A DNA stretch of 59,981 nt, the filler included. It is 5 parts of 5 records of this genome, joined end to end, with 100 filler letters (N's around TTAATTAATTAA, not from the genome) between each part and the next. Parts side by side here need not be neighbours in the genome. Positions count along the whole stretch, not along the records: positions 47,628 to 59,981 come from SRR22947727_5445; 4 more parts are not named here. One strand, written 5' to 3'. Position 1 is the first letter of the stretch. The number at the start of each line of letters is the position of its first letter. The notes beneath the pieces were generated by a model that saw nothing but the letters and a program-made list of their open reading frames with translations, was not told the DNA's origin and did no database searches. Both the position numbers and the translations under genes were made by a program. Below, one piece after another: positions 47,528-59,315 of this stretch.

Positions 47528-47627
47528 NNNNNNNNNNNNNNNNNNNNNNNNNNNNNNNNNNNNNNNNNNNNTTAATTAATTAANNNNNNNNNNNNNNNNN
47601 NNNNNNNNNNNNNNNNNNNNNNNNNNN
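47528..47627. other. Artificial contig linker
   Basis: N-runs with TTAATTAATTAA. Confidence 0.99.
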
Positions 47628-47697
47628 GCAATGTGTTCGGGATTTTTTTTGCCCTATAACCAACGGAAAATTCTACACGTTGTAGTATATTTAAAAA

Positions 47698-48825
47698 GTG
47701 AAGAATTTTTTAATTATACCCGATAAGTTTAAAGGAAGTATAGATGCTACTCAAGTGTCTAAAGCTATTAAAAATGGCCTCGGTAAGGTATATGGAACTG
47801 AATTTAAATCTACCACAATACCAGCATCTGACGGTGGTGACGGTTTTCTAGATACTATTTATAATTTTAAACCTATTGAAAAAGTCTATGTGAGGTCTGT
47901 AAATGCTTTTCAGATTCCTATAGATTCTTATTATTTATTAGATGTAGAAACTAATACAGCCTACATTGAATTGGCAAATACTGTTGGAATAAGGCATTTA
48001 CAGTCCAACGAGTTAAATATATTAAATACTAGCACGCATGGTGTTGGTTTACAAATAGCACATGCTTTAGACGCAGGTGTTCGCTCTATTTATATTGGTT
48101 TAGGAGGTAGTGCTTCTAATGACATGGCTTTGGGTTTGTTAGAGGCTTTAGGATTTATATTCTTGGATAGTAATGGTGCGTTAATAACCTATTCGTTTAA
48201 AAATCTTTCTAAAATTCATTCCTATGAATTACCCAATTCACTGCAAAAGAAGATTCAGAATTGTTCCTTTTTTGCTATTAATGATGTGTTAAATCCATTG
48301 TGTGGTCCCTTAGGTGCTGCCAATATATATGGGCCTCAGAAAGGTGGAAGTGAAGAAACTATTCTAGCAATGGACGGTTCTTTTGAGGCATTTGTGTGTC
48401 GTTTTAATTTTCCTTATCCTTGTGACATCTCACTTGAAGGGGGAGGCGCTGCAGGAGGAACTGCTTATGGTTTAAAGGCTTTTCTAAATGCCCAATTTAT
48501 TAATGGTTTTGATTTTTTATCCAGTATAGCTTCTTTGAATGATCTTTTAATTACACAAAACTATGACTATGTTATCTCAGGGGAAGGCAGCCTAGACAGC
48601 ACCTCTTTTCAGGGGAAATTGTTAGGAAGACTTGTTGATCTTACAGAGAAACACCAGTTACCCCTTTTATTAGTCTGTGGACAATGCCATTTTGATGCTT
48701 CTGCTTTGACAAACACACATATTGTTGAATTACTGGATGAAGAGACACCTATTGCGCAATGTATTGCTCAGCCATTTGCTCTAATAGAAAACAAAGTATA
48801 TCATTTTTTTAAATTTCTCTTATGA
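47698..48825 (+). CDS. glxK: Glycerate kinase (GlxK/GarK family)
   Basis: PDKFKGS, SDGGDG, GLGGSAS, YGPQKG, GAAGG, GEGSLD. Confidence 0.9.
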   Translation: MKNFLIIPDKFKGSIDATQVSKAIKNGLGKVYGTEFKSTTIPASDGGDGFLDTIYNFKPIEKVYVRSVNAFQIPIDSYYLLDVETNTAYIELANTVGIRHLQSNELNILNTSTHGVGLQIAHALDAGVRSIYIGLGGSASNDMALGLLEALGFIFLDSNGALITYSFKNLSKIHSYELPNSLQKKIQNCSFFAINDVLNPLCGPLGAANIYGPQKGGSEETILAMDGSFEAFVCRFNFPYPCDISLEGGGAAGGTAYGLKAFLNAQFINGFDFLSSIASLNDLLITQNYDYVISGEGSLDSTSFQGKLLGRLVDLTEKHQLPLLLVCGQCHFDASALTNTHIVELLDEETPIAQCIAQPFALIENKVYHFFKFLL

Positions 48826-50156
48826 TAAGCTTATTAATTATTTGTCTAGCTGTATTACTTATCATATTAGGGACGCTTAAGTTTAAAATTGATCCATTCT
48901 TAATGCTACTTCTTGCAGCTATATTCTCTGGATTGTGTTTTGGTATATCTCCTTCTGACCTTGTGGATCTTATTAGTACAGGATTTGGTCAAACGCTTTC
49001 TAGTATTGGAATCGTGATTGTTTTTGGGGCTGTTATTGGTGTTTTTTTAGAGAAATCTAACGGACTTGTCCATATTGTCTCCACTATTTTGAAAGTATTT
49101 GGAAATAAAAATTCCGGTTTAGCGTTAAATGTTACAGGATTTATTACCGCTATTCCAGTTTTTTGTGATGCCGCATTTGTTATTTTAAGTGCTATTCCTA
49201 AGGCTTTGTCAAAGAGAACCGGATTTCATATTATCTTTTATGGTGTAAGTTTGGCAACAGGTCTATATGCAGCCCATGTTTTCATTCCCCCTACACCTGG
49301 TCCACTAGCTGCTGCTGCTATTTTGAATGTTCCTTTGTCAGATCTGTTGAAATATGGTTTTTTAGTGGCCATACCTGTATCTTTTGTGGGTTTTGTTTTT
49401 GCCTCTTTTTTTAAATCAAATACGGCTGTTTCACAAGATAATATTTCAGTTTCAATAGTTGAAAGTCCAATAGCGGCTAACGATCAGGTTTTGAAAAATA
49501 CTTGGTCTTCTTTTTTACCCATTTTAGTGCCTATAGTACTCATTGGAGTGGCTTCTTTTTTTAAGATAAAAGAGGGGGATGCTTTTGTTTTAAGTGATGT
49601 TTTTATCTTTTTAGGAAACCCTATAATAGCTACGCTAATAGGGGTGTTTATTTCTTATTTGCTGTCCTGGTCTACGCCTAAAGAACAGAAAGCCAGTTGG
49701 GTAGGAGAAGCTTTAAAACAAGCAGGAGTCATTATTCTTATTACTGGAGCAGGAGGTTCTTTTGGAGCAGTACTTAAATCCTTAGATTTAAGTACTATTA
49801 TACCTCTTTATTCCGCAAATCCTTACTTTGGTCTATTGTTGTGTTTTCTTTTTGCAGCACTCATTAAATCTGCTCAGGGTTCTTCTACAGTGGCAATACT
49901 CACTACCTCCTCTTTTGTCTTACCCCTACTAAATAGCTTTGGCATTGATGATTCCTTAGGGAGATTGTTTGCTGTGCTTGCTATTGGGTCCGGTGCTATG
50001 ACTCTTTCCCACGTGAACGACAGCTACTTTTGGGTAGTGATTAAAAGCCTTGGTTTGAATGTAAAACAGGGTCTTGCTAGTTTTAGTCTAGCTACTTTTT
50101 TTCAGGGAATTACAGGTATCAGTACTGTATTATTGCTATATGCTTTATTGCGTTAG
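48822..50156 (+). CDS. GntP-family permease (possible glycerate transporter)
   Basis: PVFCD, PPTPGP, AQGSSTVA, SHVNDSYFW. Confidence 0.9.
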   Translation: MISLLIICLAVLLIILGTLKFKIDPFLMLLLAAIFSGLCFGISPSDLVDLISTGFGQTLSSIGIVIVFGAVIGVFLEKSNGLVHIVSTILKVFGNKNSGLALNVTGFITAIPVFCDAAFVILSAIPKALSKRTGFHIIFYGVSLATGLYAAHVFIPPTPGPLAAAAILNVPLSDLLKYGFLVAIPVSFVGFVFASFFKSNTAVSQDNISVSIVESPIAANDQVLKNTWSSFLPILVPIVLIGVASFFKIKEGDAFVLSDVFIFLGNPIIATLIGVFISYLLSWSTPKEQKASWVGEALKQAGVIILITGAGGSFGAVLKSLDLSTIIPLYSANPYFGLLLCFLFAALIKSAQGSSTVAILTTSSFVLPLLNSFGIDDSLGRLFAVLAIGSGAMTLSHVNDSYFWVVIKSLGLNVKQGLASFSLATFFQGITGISTVLLLYALLR

Positions 50157-50169
50157 CTTATTTCTGAAG

Positions 50170-50397
50170 CTATTCTTTTTTGAAAAAGGCATCTACAATT
50201 GTTTTCACACTTAAAAAAGCCATTGCAATAGCTGCTATAGCACAGAGAATACCAAAAATTAGCACAGGGATATAAAGCGGATGCGTGCTGTTTTTGAAAG
50301 CTTCATATAGACTAATAGGGGCCACAAACATTAAGAGTACGGTAATTCCTAAATACCGTACTCCTAAATATAAAATATCTCTATTGGTTTTAGACAC
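50170..50397 (-). CDS. Small two-TM membrane protein (DUF6095-like)
   Basis: Two hydrophobic helices; abuts icd; family name from recall. Confidence 0.65.
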   Translation of the reverse strand: MSKTNRDILYLGVRYLGITVLLMFVAPISLYEAFKNSTHPLYIPVLIFGILCAIAAIAMAFLSVKTIVDAFFKKE

Positions 50398-52638
<2,241 letters not shown>

Positions 52639-52639
52639 T

Positions 52640-52647
52640 CAAATATA
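52640..52647 (-). promoter_or_regulatory. Bacteroidetes -7 promoter element (icd)
   Basis: TATATTTG matches TAnnTTTG. Confidence 0.65.
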
Positions 52648-52669
52648 CAATATATGGACACTATAGTTC

Positions 52670-52701
52670 AAAAAAACACCCACAACAAATGCTATGGGTG
52701 T
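52670..52701 (-). terminator. Terminator of rplS
   Basis: ACACCCA...TGGGTGT stem, with an A-run on + giving the U-tract on -. Confidence 0.6.
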
Positions 52702-52726
52702 AGATATATTTTGTTGAAAAAAAGTA

Positions 52727-53077
52727 TTATGAACGCACTTCTTTAATACGTGCTTTTTTACCAGTAAGTTCTCTAAAGTAGAAAATTCTAGACCTACGAA
52801 CTTTACCTTTTTTATTCACTTCAACTTTTTGTAAAGCGGGCATATTTACGGGGAATATTCTTTCTACTCCAATAGTACCAGACATTTTTCTGATCGTAAA
52901 GGTCTCGGTAGAACCATTTCCTCTTCTTTGAATAACAACCCCTCTAAAAAACTGAGTTCTTGTTTTTTCACCTTCCTTAATTTCATAGAACACAGTGATA
53001 GTGTCTCCAGCTGAAAATTTAGGAAAGTCCTTTTTTTCTACGAATTGTTCTTGAACAAATTTTACTAATGCTTCCAT
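52727..53077 (-). CDS. rplS: 50S ribosomal protein L19
   Basis: FSAGDTI, GVERIFP, GKVRRSRIFYFR. Confidence 0.98.
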   Translation of the reverse strand: MEALVKFVQEQFVEKKDFPKFSAGDTITVFYEIKEGEKTRTQFFRGVVIQRRGNGSTETFTIRKMSGTIGVERIFPVNMPALQKVEVNKKGKVRRSRIFYFRELTGKKARIKEVRS

Positions 53078-53104
53078 AGTAATGTTATACTTTATTTATG
53101 AATT

Positions 53105-53142
53105 AAAAACAACATTCACGTTTTTCGTCAGAGGTTGGATTT
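53105..53142 (-). ncRNA. Candidate L19-Flavobacteria ribosomal protein leader
   Basis: 5'UTR sequence CCAACCTCTGACGAAAAACGTGAATGTTG with CAAC/GTTG closing stem, between the promoter and rplS. Confidence 0.6.
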
Positions 53143-53151
53143 AATGGTCTG

Positions 53152-53159
53152 CAAAAATA
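53152..53159 (-). promoter_or_regulatory. Bacteroidetes -7 promoter element (rplS)
   Basis: TATTTTTG with upstream TTG. Confidence 0.65.
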
Positions 53160-53230
53160 ATATTATTCTAACAACCAACCAATTAATGTATGTGTTTTTT
53201 TTATTAAAATTTAAAAGATGCAGAAATTGG

Positions 53231-53902
53231 CTAAAGTAAGTCTGGACGCAGCTTTAGCGTTCTTTCATGAGCAGATTGTTCTCTCCAAGCTTCAATTTTA
53301 GCAAAATCGCCACTCATTAATACCTCAGGCACTTTAATGCCTTTGTACTCTGCGGGCCTTGTGTACACTGCTGGAGCCAACAAGTTGTCTTGAAAACTAT
53401 CTGTTAATGCAGAGGTCTCGTTATTTAAAACACCAGGTATAAGTCTTATAATACTATCACAAAGAATAGCTGCGGCCAATTCCCCTCCTGATAATACGTA
53501 GTCACCTACAGAGATTTCTTTAGTGATAAAGAGCTCTCTCACCCTATGATCTACTCCTTTGTAGTGACCACAAAGGATTATAATGTTCCCGCTTAAAGAA
53601 AGTGTATTGGCTGTTTTTTGATTGAGTGTTTCTCCATCTGGAGTCATATAAATGACATGGTCATATGTTCTCTCTGATTGAAGTTTACTAATACATTTAT
53701 CAATAGGCTCCACCATCATGACCATTCCTGCACCTCCACCATATTGATAGTCGTCAATTTGATTATAGGACAGCTCAGTGTAATCTCTTAGATTATGAAA
53801 ATGTACAGATACAAGCTGCTTTTCAATGGCTCTTTTAAGAATAGAGGCCTCAAAAGGGCTCTTTAATAATTCTGGTAGTACTGTAATAATGTCTATTCTC
53901 AT
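53231..53902 (-). CDS. trmD: tRNA (guanine-N1)-methyltransferase
   Basis: [38 protein letters not shown]; promoter TACTTTTG at 53943-53950. Confidence 0.97.
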   Translation of the reverse strand: MRIDIITVLPELLKSPFEASILKRAIEKQLVSVHFHNLRDYTELSYNQIDDYQYGGGAGMVMMVEPIDKCISKLQSERTYDHVIYMTPDGETLNQKTANTLSLSGNIIILCGHYKGVDHRVRELFITKEISVGDYVLSGGELAAAILCDSIIRLIPGVLNNETSALTDSFQDNLLAPAVYTRPAEYKGIKVPEVLMSGDFAKIEAWREQSAHERTLKLRPDLL

Positions 53903-54043
53903 TGGAGATGATATGCTAATGAATTTCACTTATTTTCTGGTCCAAAAGTAATGAATAAATTGGCTATATGCTGTCCATTCTACGCTTTCCTATGGCTTTC
54001 ATGCAGTATTATCCGTTGTTGCCTTTAGTTTAAATTGTTTTAT

Positions 54044-54658
54044 TTATTTTTTTGGAAGCTTCTTTTCCAATTCAAGTATTTCTCTTTTTAGTTTTAGCTC
54101 TCTGTTGAGTCCCTTTTTTTTGTTTGATTCTATGGTCTCTTCAGAGGTTTGTATTGCAGCAAGGAGGTTTGCTTCAATTTTTGAGCTAGATAGATAGTGT
54201 TTGAAGAGAAAGATACTACATAGAATCAAAGATATAAGTAAAGTGTAATTGATTATAAAAAAGAGTGTTTTGTCAATGTAGGCGCCAAGAAAATAAATAT
54301 TATTCTCCTTTGTGTTTTTTTCTGTTAGTTCTTTTTTAAGGGTTTTATTTTCAAGGTCAATTTTTTGAAGTGCCTTTTTGAGCGTGTTCACTTCTGTCTT
54401 GTAATTACTCAGGACAGTGCTGTGATAGATTAAGCTGTCTTTTAAGTGCTCTTTGAAAGCTATCAGGTATCTTCGTTTGATTACTTCAAAAGGAATACTG
54501 TCTGTTGTATAGTCTTTTCCATTGCTTAGTATTAACTCAAATTGATTTTCTAAACTGACATTTAACTCATTTTTAGATCTGGAGATGTCTCTTTGGGTTT
54601 GAGATAATATTTCATGGTGAATGAGGACCAACATAAAAAGACTAAAAAGGGTTTTCAT
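54044..54658 (-). CDS. Hypothetical exported coiled-coil protein with C-terminal TM anchor
   Basis: Signal peptide, coiled coil, TM helix, basic tail. Confidence 0.75.
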   Translation of the reverse strand: MKTLFSLFMLVLIHHEILSQTQRDISRSKNELNVSLENQFELILSNGKDYTTDSIPFEVIKRRYLIAFKEHLKDSLIYHSTVLSNYKTEVNTLKKALQKIDLENKTLKKELTEKNTKENNIYFLGAYIDKTLFFIINYTLLISLILCSIFLFKHYLSSSKIEANLLAAIQTSEETIESNKKKGLNRELKLKREILELEKKLPKK

Positions 54659-54733
54659 AAAACAAGTAGGTTTTTGTAAATATAACCTAATTTGTAATTT
54701 AATGAAAACCCTTGGTGGTAAGTGGTTTAGTGA

Positions 54734-56116
54734 TTATTGAAAGATGAGTCTTTCTCGCTCTCCATTTTCATTGAACATGCTAATACTTGTGCGGTTAAAT
54801 TTATTAATATTTTGAAATAATTCAGTGGCCTTATCAATATTGATAATAGGTTTGTCATCTATAGAAACAACCACTTTGCCAATAAGACCATAGTTTTCAT
54901 ATGCCACAGGCACACCAATGATTTTAACCCCATTTTTTATTTTAAAGCGTTTCTGATCTTCAGGACTTAAATTTTTTACCGTAAAACCAATGATTGGTAA
55001 TAGTGCAGTTTGTTTTTCTTTTAAGACCACCTTGAAATCACTTAATTTTCCATTTCTAGAAACCTTAATTACAACTGCATCCTGAGGTCTTTTTGAGGCC
55101 AAATAGCCGGTAAGGTCTGAGAATTTCTTTATTTCTAAATAATCGATTTGCTTGATAATATCTCCCTCTTTTAATCCAGCTTCTTTTGCTGAAGATCCTT
55201 CTTCTACTCCAGAGATATATACCCCTTCTAAATCTTCTACGCCATAATTTGAAGAAAGCAATTCTGGAGATGTGATGGCGGAAATTCCAAGTACTGCTTT
55301 TTTTACGGTACCAAATTCCATGATGTCTTGTACTACTTTTCTAGCTGTATTACTCGGGACAGCAAATGAGTAGCCTATATAAGACCCAGTTTGTGAACTT
55401 ATAGCGGTGTTTATACCTATTAAATCACCATTGGTATTCACTAAAGCACCACCACTATTTCCAGGATTCACTGCAGCATCTGTTTGAATAAATGATTGGT
55501 TCTTGTCAAATTCTCTAGCCTTAGCGCTTATTATACCAGCCGTAACAGTGGAAGTAAGGTTAAAAGGATTTCCAACAGCCAAGACCCATTCTCCAATTTT
55601 AGCCATATCCGAATCTCCAAAAGACAAGTAGGGAAGGGGCTCTTCTGTTTCAATTTTAACAAGCGCAATGTCAGTTAAGGGGTCTGAGCCTATGACGGAG
55701 GCTTCATATGTGCTGTTGTTGTTTAATGTGACAGATAATTTTGACGCTTTGTCTATAACATGATGGTTTGTCACTATATAACCATCTGAAGAGATAATGA
55801 CGCCTGACCCAGAACCCATTTGGGGCGCAGATTTGTATTGGTATCCAAAAAAATATTCAAAGGCTTTGTTATTCACTAAATTACCCTCCTTTAAGTTTTT
55901 GACATGTACTACAGAGTGAATAGTTTTTTCAGCAGCAATACTAAAATCCGAGAGGGATTCATTGGTGCTTAAATAATTGAAATTAGCAGGTTTAAATTCA
56001 GCTGAATTGGATATTGTCAATGGAGCAATCTCTTTTGGCAAGAATTTATTTTGAATAAAATTACCAGAAAAGCCACCTATAATTGCAGCTGCTAAAATGG
56101 GAAATATTTTTTTCAT
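54734..56116 (-). CDS. htrA: HtrA/DegP-like serine protease with PDZ domain
   Basis: GSGVII, VTNHHV, TDIAL, QTDAAVNPGNSGG; promoter TAATTTTG at 56145-56152. Confidence 0.93.
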   Translation of the reverse strand: MKKIFPILAAAIIGGFSGNFIQNKFLPKEIAPLTISNSAEFKPANFNYLSTNESLSDFSIAAEKTIHSVVHVKNLKEGNLVNNKAFEYFFGYQYKSAPQMGSGSGVIISSDGYIVTNHHVIDKASKLSVTLNNNSTYEASVIGSDPLTDIALVKIETEEPLPYLSFGDSDMAKIGEWVLAVGNPFNLTSTVTAGIISAKAREFDKNQSFIQTDAAVNPGNSGGALVNTNGDLIGINTAISSQTGSYIGYSFAVPSNTARKVVQDIMEFGTVKKAVLGISAITSPELLSSNYGVEDLEGVYISGVEEGSSAKEAGLKEGDIIKQIDYLEIKKFSDLTGYLASKRPQDAVVIKVSRNGKLSDFKVVLKEKQTALLPIIGFTVKNLSPEDQKRFKIKNGVKIIGVPVAYENYGLIGKVVVSIDDKPIINIDKATELFQNINKFNRTSISMFNENGERERLIFQ

Positions 56117-56248
56117 AATTACTTAATATTTAAAGATTACGGGTCAAAATTATAAAAATACTTGTAGCTGCTTTTTATTTTAACGGAGCTTTAACGGATA
56201 AATAAACCTTATTTAATTGAGTATATTTGAAAAAATAAATTCATTTTA

Positions 56249-57025
56249 ATGACACTTACTTTTTATAAATACCAAGGCACTGGAAATGATTTTATCATTT
56301 TTGACAACCGTAGCGGTCAATTTCCGAAAAGCGATAATGCGCTTGTCGCTAAACTTTGTGATAGAAAGTTTGGTGTAGGAGCAGACGGCCTCATGCTTTT
56401 AGAAATTGAAAAAGATTTTGACTTCAAAATGGTTTACTATAATTCAGATGGAGCAGAGAGTACCATGTGTGGAAATGGTGGTAGGTGTTTGGCTGCATTT
56501 GCACATTCTATAGGGATTATTGGAAATAAGGGTTTATTTATTGCTGTAGACGGCTCACATGAGGTAGCAATAACGGCAAATCAGGTGATCTTAGGAATGA
56601 AAAAAGTTACAGAAGTTCAAAACAAAGGCAAGTATTTCTTTTTAGATACAGGTTCACCCCACCATGTTCAATTTGTTTCTGACGTAGAAAAGATCAATGT
56701 TAATGATCAAGGCGCTAAATTGAGGTATGGAATGTATGGCGAGCAGGGTGCAAACATTAATTTTGTCTCATTAGATCCAAATGGTAGGCACAGTATTAGA
56801 ACATATGAAAGAGGGGTAGAGGGAGAAACCTTATCTTGTGGCACGGGTGTGACTGCAGCGGCTATAGCAATTCATGAGCAAAACAACGGATTTGCTTCTC
56901 CTGTGACTATACATACTAAAGGAGGTGTGCTTAAGGTTCATTTTACTAAAAACAATCAGGTATATTCGGAGCTCTCCCTTGAGGGACCGGCCGAATTTGT
57001 GTTTAAAGGAGAAATAAGCATTTAA
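56249..57025 (+). CDS. dapF: Diaminopimelate epimerase
   Basis: KYQGTGNDF, MCGNGGRC, TYERGVEGETLSCGTG; promoter TATATTTG at 56222-56229. Confidence 0.97.
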   Translation: MTLTFYKYQGTGNDFIIFDNRSGQFPKSDNALVAKLCDRKFGVGADGLMLLEIEKDFDFKMVYYNSDGAESTMCGNGGRCLAAFAHSIGIIGNKGLFIAVDGSHEVAITANQVILGMKKVTEVQNKGKYFFLDTGSPHHVQFVSDVEKINVNDQGAKLRYGMYGEQGANINFVSLDPNGRHSIRTYERGVEGETLSCGTGVTAAAIAIHEQNNGFASPVTIHTKGGVLKVHFTKNNQVYSELSLEGPAEFVFKGEISI

Positions 57026-57026
57026 G

Positions 57027-57521
57027 ATGCTTGTACTAAGAAATATAAAACGGGAAGACCTTGACTTTCTTTACAATGTAGAGAATAATCCAGCAAATAT
57101 GGTCTATGGAGATTATCATGAACCTTATTCATTGGAAATTCTTCAAGATTATATTGCTAATGCTTCAGTATCTTTATTTGTTAGTGGCCAATATAGGTAT
57201 GTCATTGAGAAAAATAAAATAGCTATTGGATTTTTAGATTTGTTTAATTATAATGCTCAAGATGCAAGCGCATCTGTAGGTGTTATTTTAGATACGGCCT
57301 TTAGGGGGCAAGCATTGGCTAAAGTTGCATTGACGCTCTTAGAGCATGAGGTAAAAAATAAATGGGGTATTGAAAGATTAAGGGCCAAAGTTTTCTTAGA
57401 TAATACCATAAGCATCTCCTTGTTTAGAAGGCTAGGTTATGAGGAAATTAAACATTGTTTGGAAAAGGATTATGAGGGGGTCACTAAAAAAGTATTGATT
57501 TCAGAAAAAATATTAAAATGA
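57027..57521 (+). CDS. GNAT N-acetyltransferase (SpeG/RimJ-like)
   Basis: LRNIKREDL, FRGQALA, NTISISLFRRLGY. Confidence 0.85.
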   Translation: MLVLRNIKREDLDFLYNVENNPANMVYGDYHEPYSLEILQDYIANASVSLFVSGQYRYVIEKNKIAIGFLDLFNYNAQDASASVGVILDTAFRGQALAKVALTLLEHEVKNKWGIERLRAKVFLDNTISISLFRRLGYEEIKHCLEKDYEGVTKKVLISEKILK

Positions 57522-58564
57522 ATTACAGAAAAAAAATTGGTGTTGCAATAGTGTTATTGGTGTTTTTTATTGGTGCTGCTTTTAGTGGATATGTGTATTG
57601 GGCTATTTTTTCTCCCAATACATCTTTTGAAACACCAACGGTTTCTGTTTATATTCCCTCTAATACAAATTACACCACGCTTAAAAATACTTTATCGCCC
57701 AACTTATTAAATGAAGACAGTTTCTTTAAGGTGGCTAAGCAAAAGGGCTATCTAAATGCGGTAAGGGGAGGTAAGTTTATATTGTCCAAAGGAATGAATA
57801 ATAACGAAATAATAAATGTGTTGCGTTCAAAGCCAAGTACTATTTCTTTATCGTTCAACAACCAGGAACGCCTAGAAGATTTAGCATTAAGGGTGTCTGA
57901 TCAAATTGAAGCTGATGCAGAAAGTTTGTTGTTGGCGTTTAATGACTCTTTATTTCTAGCTCAAAATGGATTTAATAGAGAAAATGCGTTGTCCATGTAT
58001 TTGCCAAACACATATGATTTTTTCTGGAATACTTCTGCAGAAAGTTTTAGGGACAGAATGTTAAAGGAGTACCGTAGATTTTGGAATTCAGAAAGACTGG
58101 CTCAGGCGAAAAATCAGGGTTTGTCTCCCTTAGAAGTAATTCATTTAGCTGCAATAGTTCACAAAGAATCGGTTAAAAAGTCAGAGAGACCCCGAGTTGC
58201 TGGTGTCTATTTGAATAGAATTAAAAAGGGTATGAAGCTGCAAGCAGACCCTACAGTGATATTTTCGATTAAGTATACATCTGGAGATTTTAAACAAGTG
58301 ATTAAACGGGTATTGTATAAAGACCTTAAAATAGACGCTCCTTTTAACACCTATTTATATTCGGGAATTCCTCCAGGACCAATTTTTATGCCAGATATTT
58401 CTGCTATTGAGGCAGTTTTGAATCCAGAAGCTCATAACTACTTGTATTTTGTGGCGGATACCCAAAATTTTGGGTTCCATATTTTTGCAAAAACACTACA
58501 ACAGCACAACAAAAACAAGAAGCAATACGTGAATTGGTTGAATAGAAAGAATATCAGCAGGTAA
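57518..58564 (+). CDS. mltG: Endolytic transglycosylase MltG
   Basis: LPNTYDF, AAIVHKE, NRIKKGMKLQADPT, PFNTY, PPGPI, YLYFVA. Confidence 0.95.
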   Translation: MNYRKKIGVAIVLLVFFIGAAFSGYVYWAIFSPNTSFETPTVSVYIPSNTNYTTLKNTLSPNLLNEDSFFKVAKQKGYLNAVRGGKFILSKGMNNNEIINVLRSKPSTISLSFNNQERLEDLALRVSDQIEADAESLLLAFNDSLFLAQNGFNRENALSMYLPNTYDFFWNTSAESFRDRMLKEYRRFWNSERLAQAKNQGLSPLEVIHLAAIVHKESVKKSERPRVAGVYLNRIKKGMKLQADPTVIFSIKYTSGDFKQVIKRVLYKDLKIDAPFNTYLYSGIPPGPIFMPDISAIEAVLNPEAHNYLYFVADTQNFGFHIFAKTLQQHNKNKKQYVNWLNRKNISR

Positions 58565-58660
58565 TTGTAAACTGTTAATTATGAGTTAATTAGTCATTTA
58601 AGATTAAAAATGCTTAACTTTGCACGAAATTTAGCAACATTAGTTGTTTTAATTTATTTT

Positions 58661-59290
58661 ATGCAAAAAAGTTTTAGAACGTTTATTTCATTTTTGATTG
58701 TCCTAGTTCTTTCAGGGTTTAGAAATGTAGCTCCAATAGTTAAACCCATCCCAAAATCTAATTTGGTCATTGATGTTTTGGATTACAAAGCCGCTGCCCC
58801 TTCTTTTGAATCCTCAAGCTTTATGATTCCCTTTACTGGTAATAATTATGTGGGATTTAAGGAAGCATTGGCTTTTAAAGAATCTCAAGGTAAATATCAT
58901 TCTATAAATACCCTTGGTTATCTTGGAAAATACCAGTTTGGAAAAAGCACCTTAGCTTTTTTTGGTCAATTTAATACCCAGTGTTTTATGCAGGATGCAG
59001 CGCTACAGGAAAAGATTTTTTATCACAATACTGCAAGAAATAAATGGATTCTAAGAAGAGATATAAAGCGCTACGTTGGTTCAAAAATGAATGATATAGT
59101 CATAACGGAATCCGGAATACTTGCTGCTGCTCACTTAGCTGGTGCAGGAAATGTAAAAAAATACCTTCGTTCTTGGGGTGATTTGAACTTTTCAGATGCT
59201 TATGGAACAGATATTGAAGATTATTTAACCAAATTTTCTGGTTTTGATCTTGCAGAAGTTACCGCTAGAAAAAAAGTCCAGTTCCAATAG
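58661..59290 (+). CDS. Exported lysozyme/transglycosylase-like protein
   Basis: ALAFKESQG (catalytic ES), GKYQFG, AAHLAG; the promoter TAACTTTG at 58615-58622 implies the ATG 58661 start. Confidence 0.65.
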   Translation: MQKSFRTFISFLIVLVLSGFRNVAPIVKPIPKSNLVIDVLDYKAAAPSFESSSFMIPFTGNNYVGFKEALAFKESQGKYHSINTLGYLGKYQFGKSTLAFFGQFNTQCFMQDAALQEKIFYHNTARNKWILRRDIKRYVGSKMNDIVITESGILAAAHLAGAGNVKKYLRSWGDLNFSDAYGTDIEDYLTKFSGFDLAEVTARKKVQFQ

Positions 59291-59315
59291 GATTTACTTT
59301 GCCAAATTGGTCTAA

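Noticed and set aside
9728-47627. Repeated TTAATTAATTAA motif within N-runs (4 copies)
   Set aside because: Identical 100-bp artificial linkers; adjacency across them has no biological meaning
54044-54658. Second tRNA methyltransferase beside trmD
   Set aside because: No SPOUT or SAM-binding motifs; architecture is signal peptide, coiled coil and TM helix
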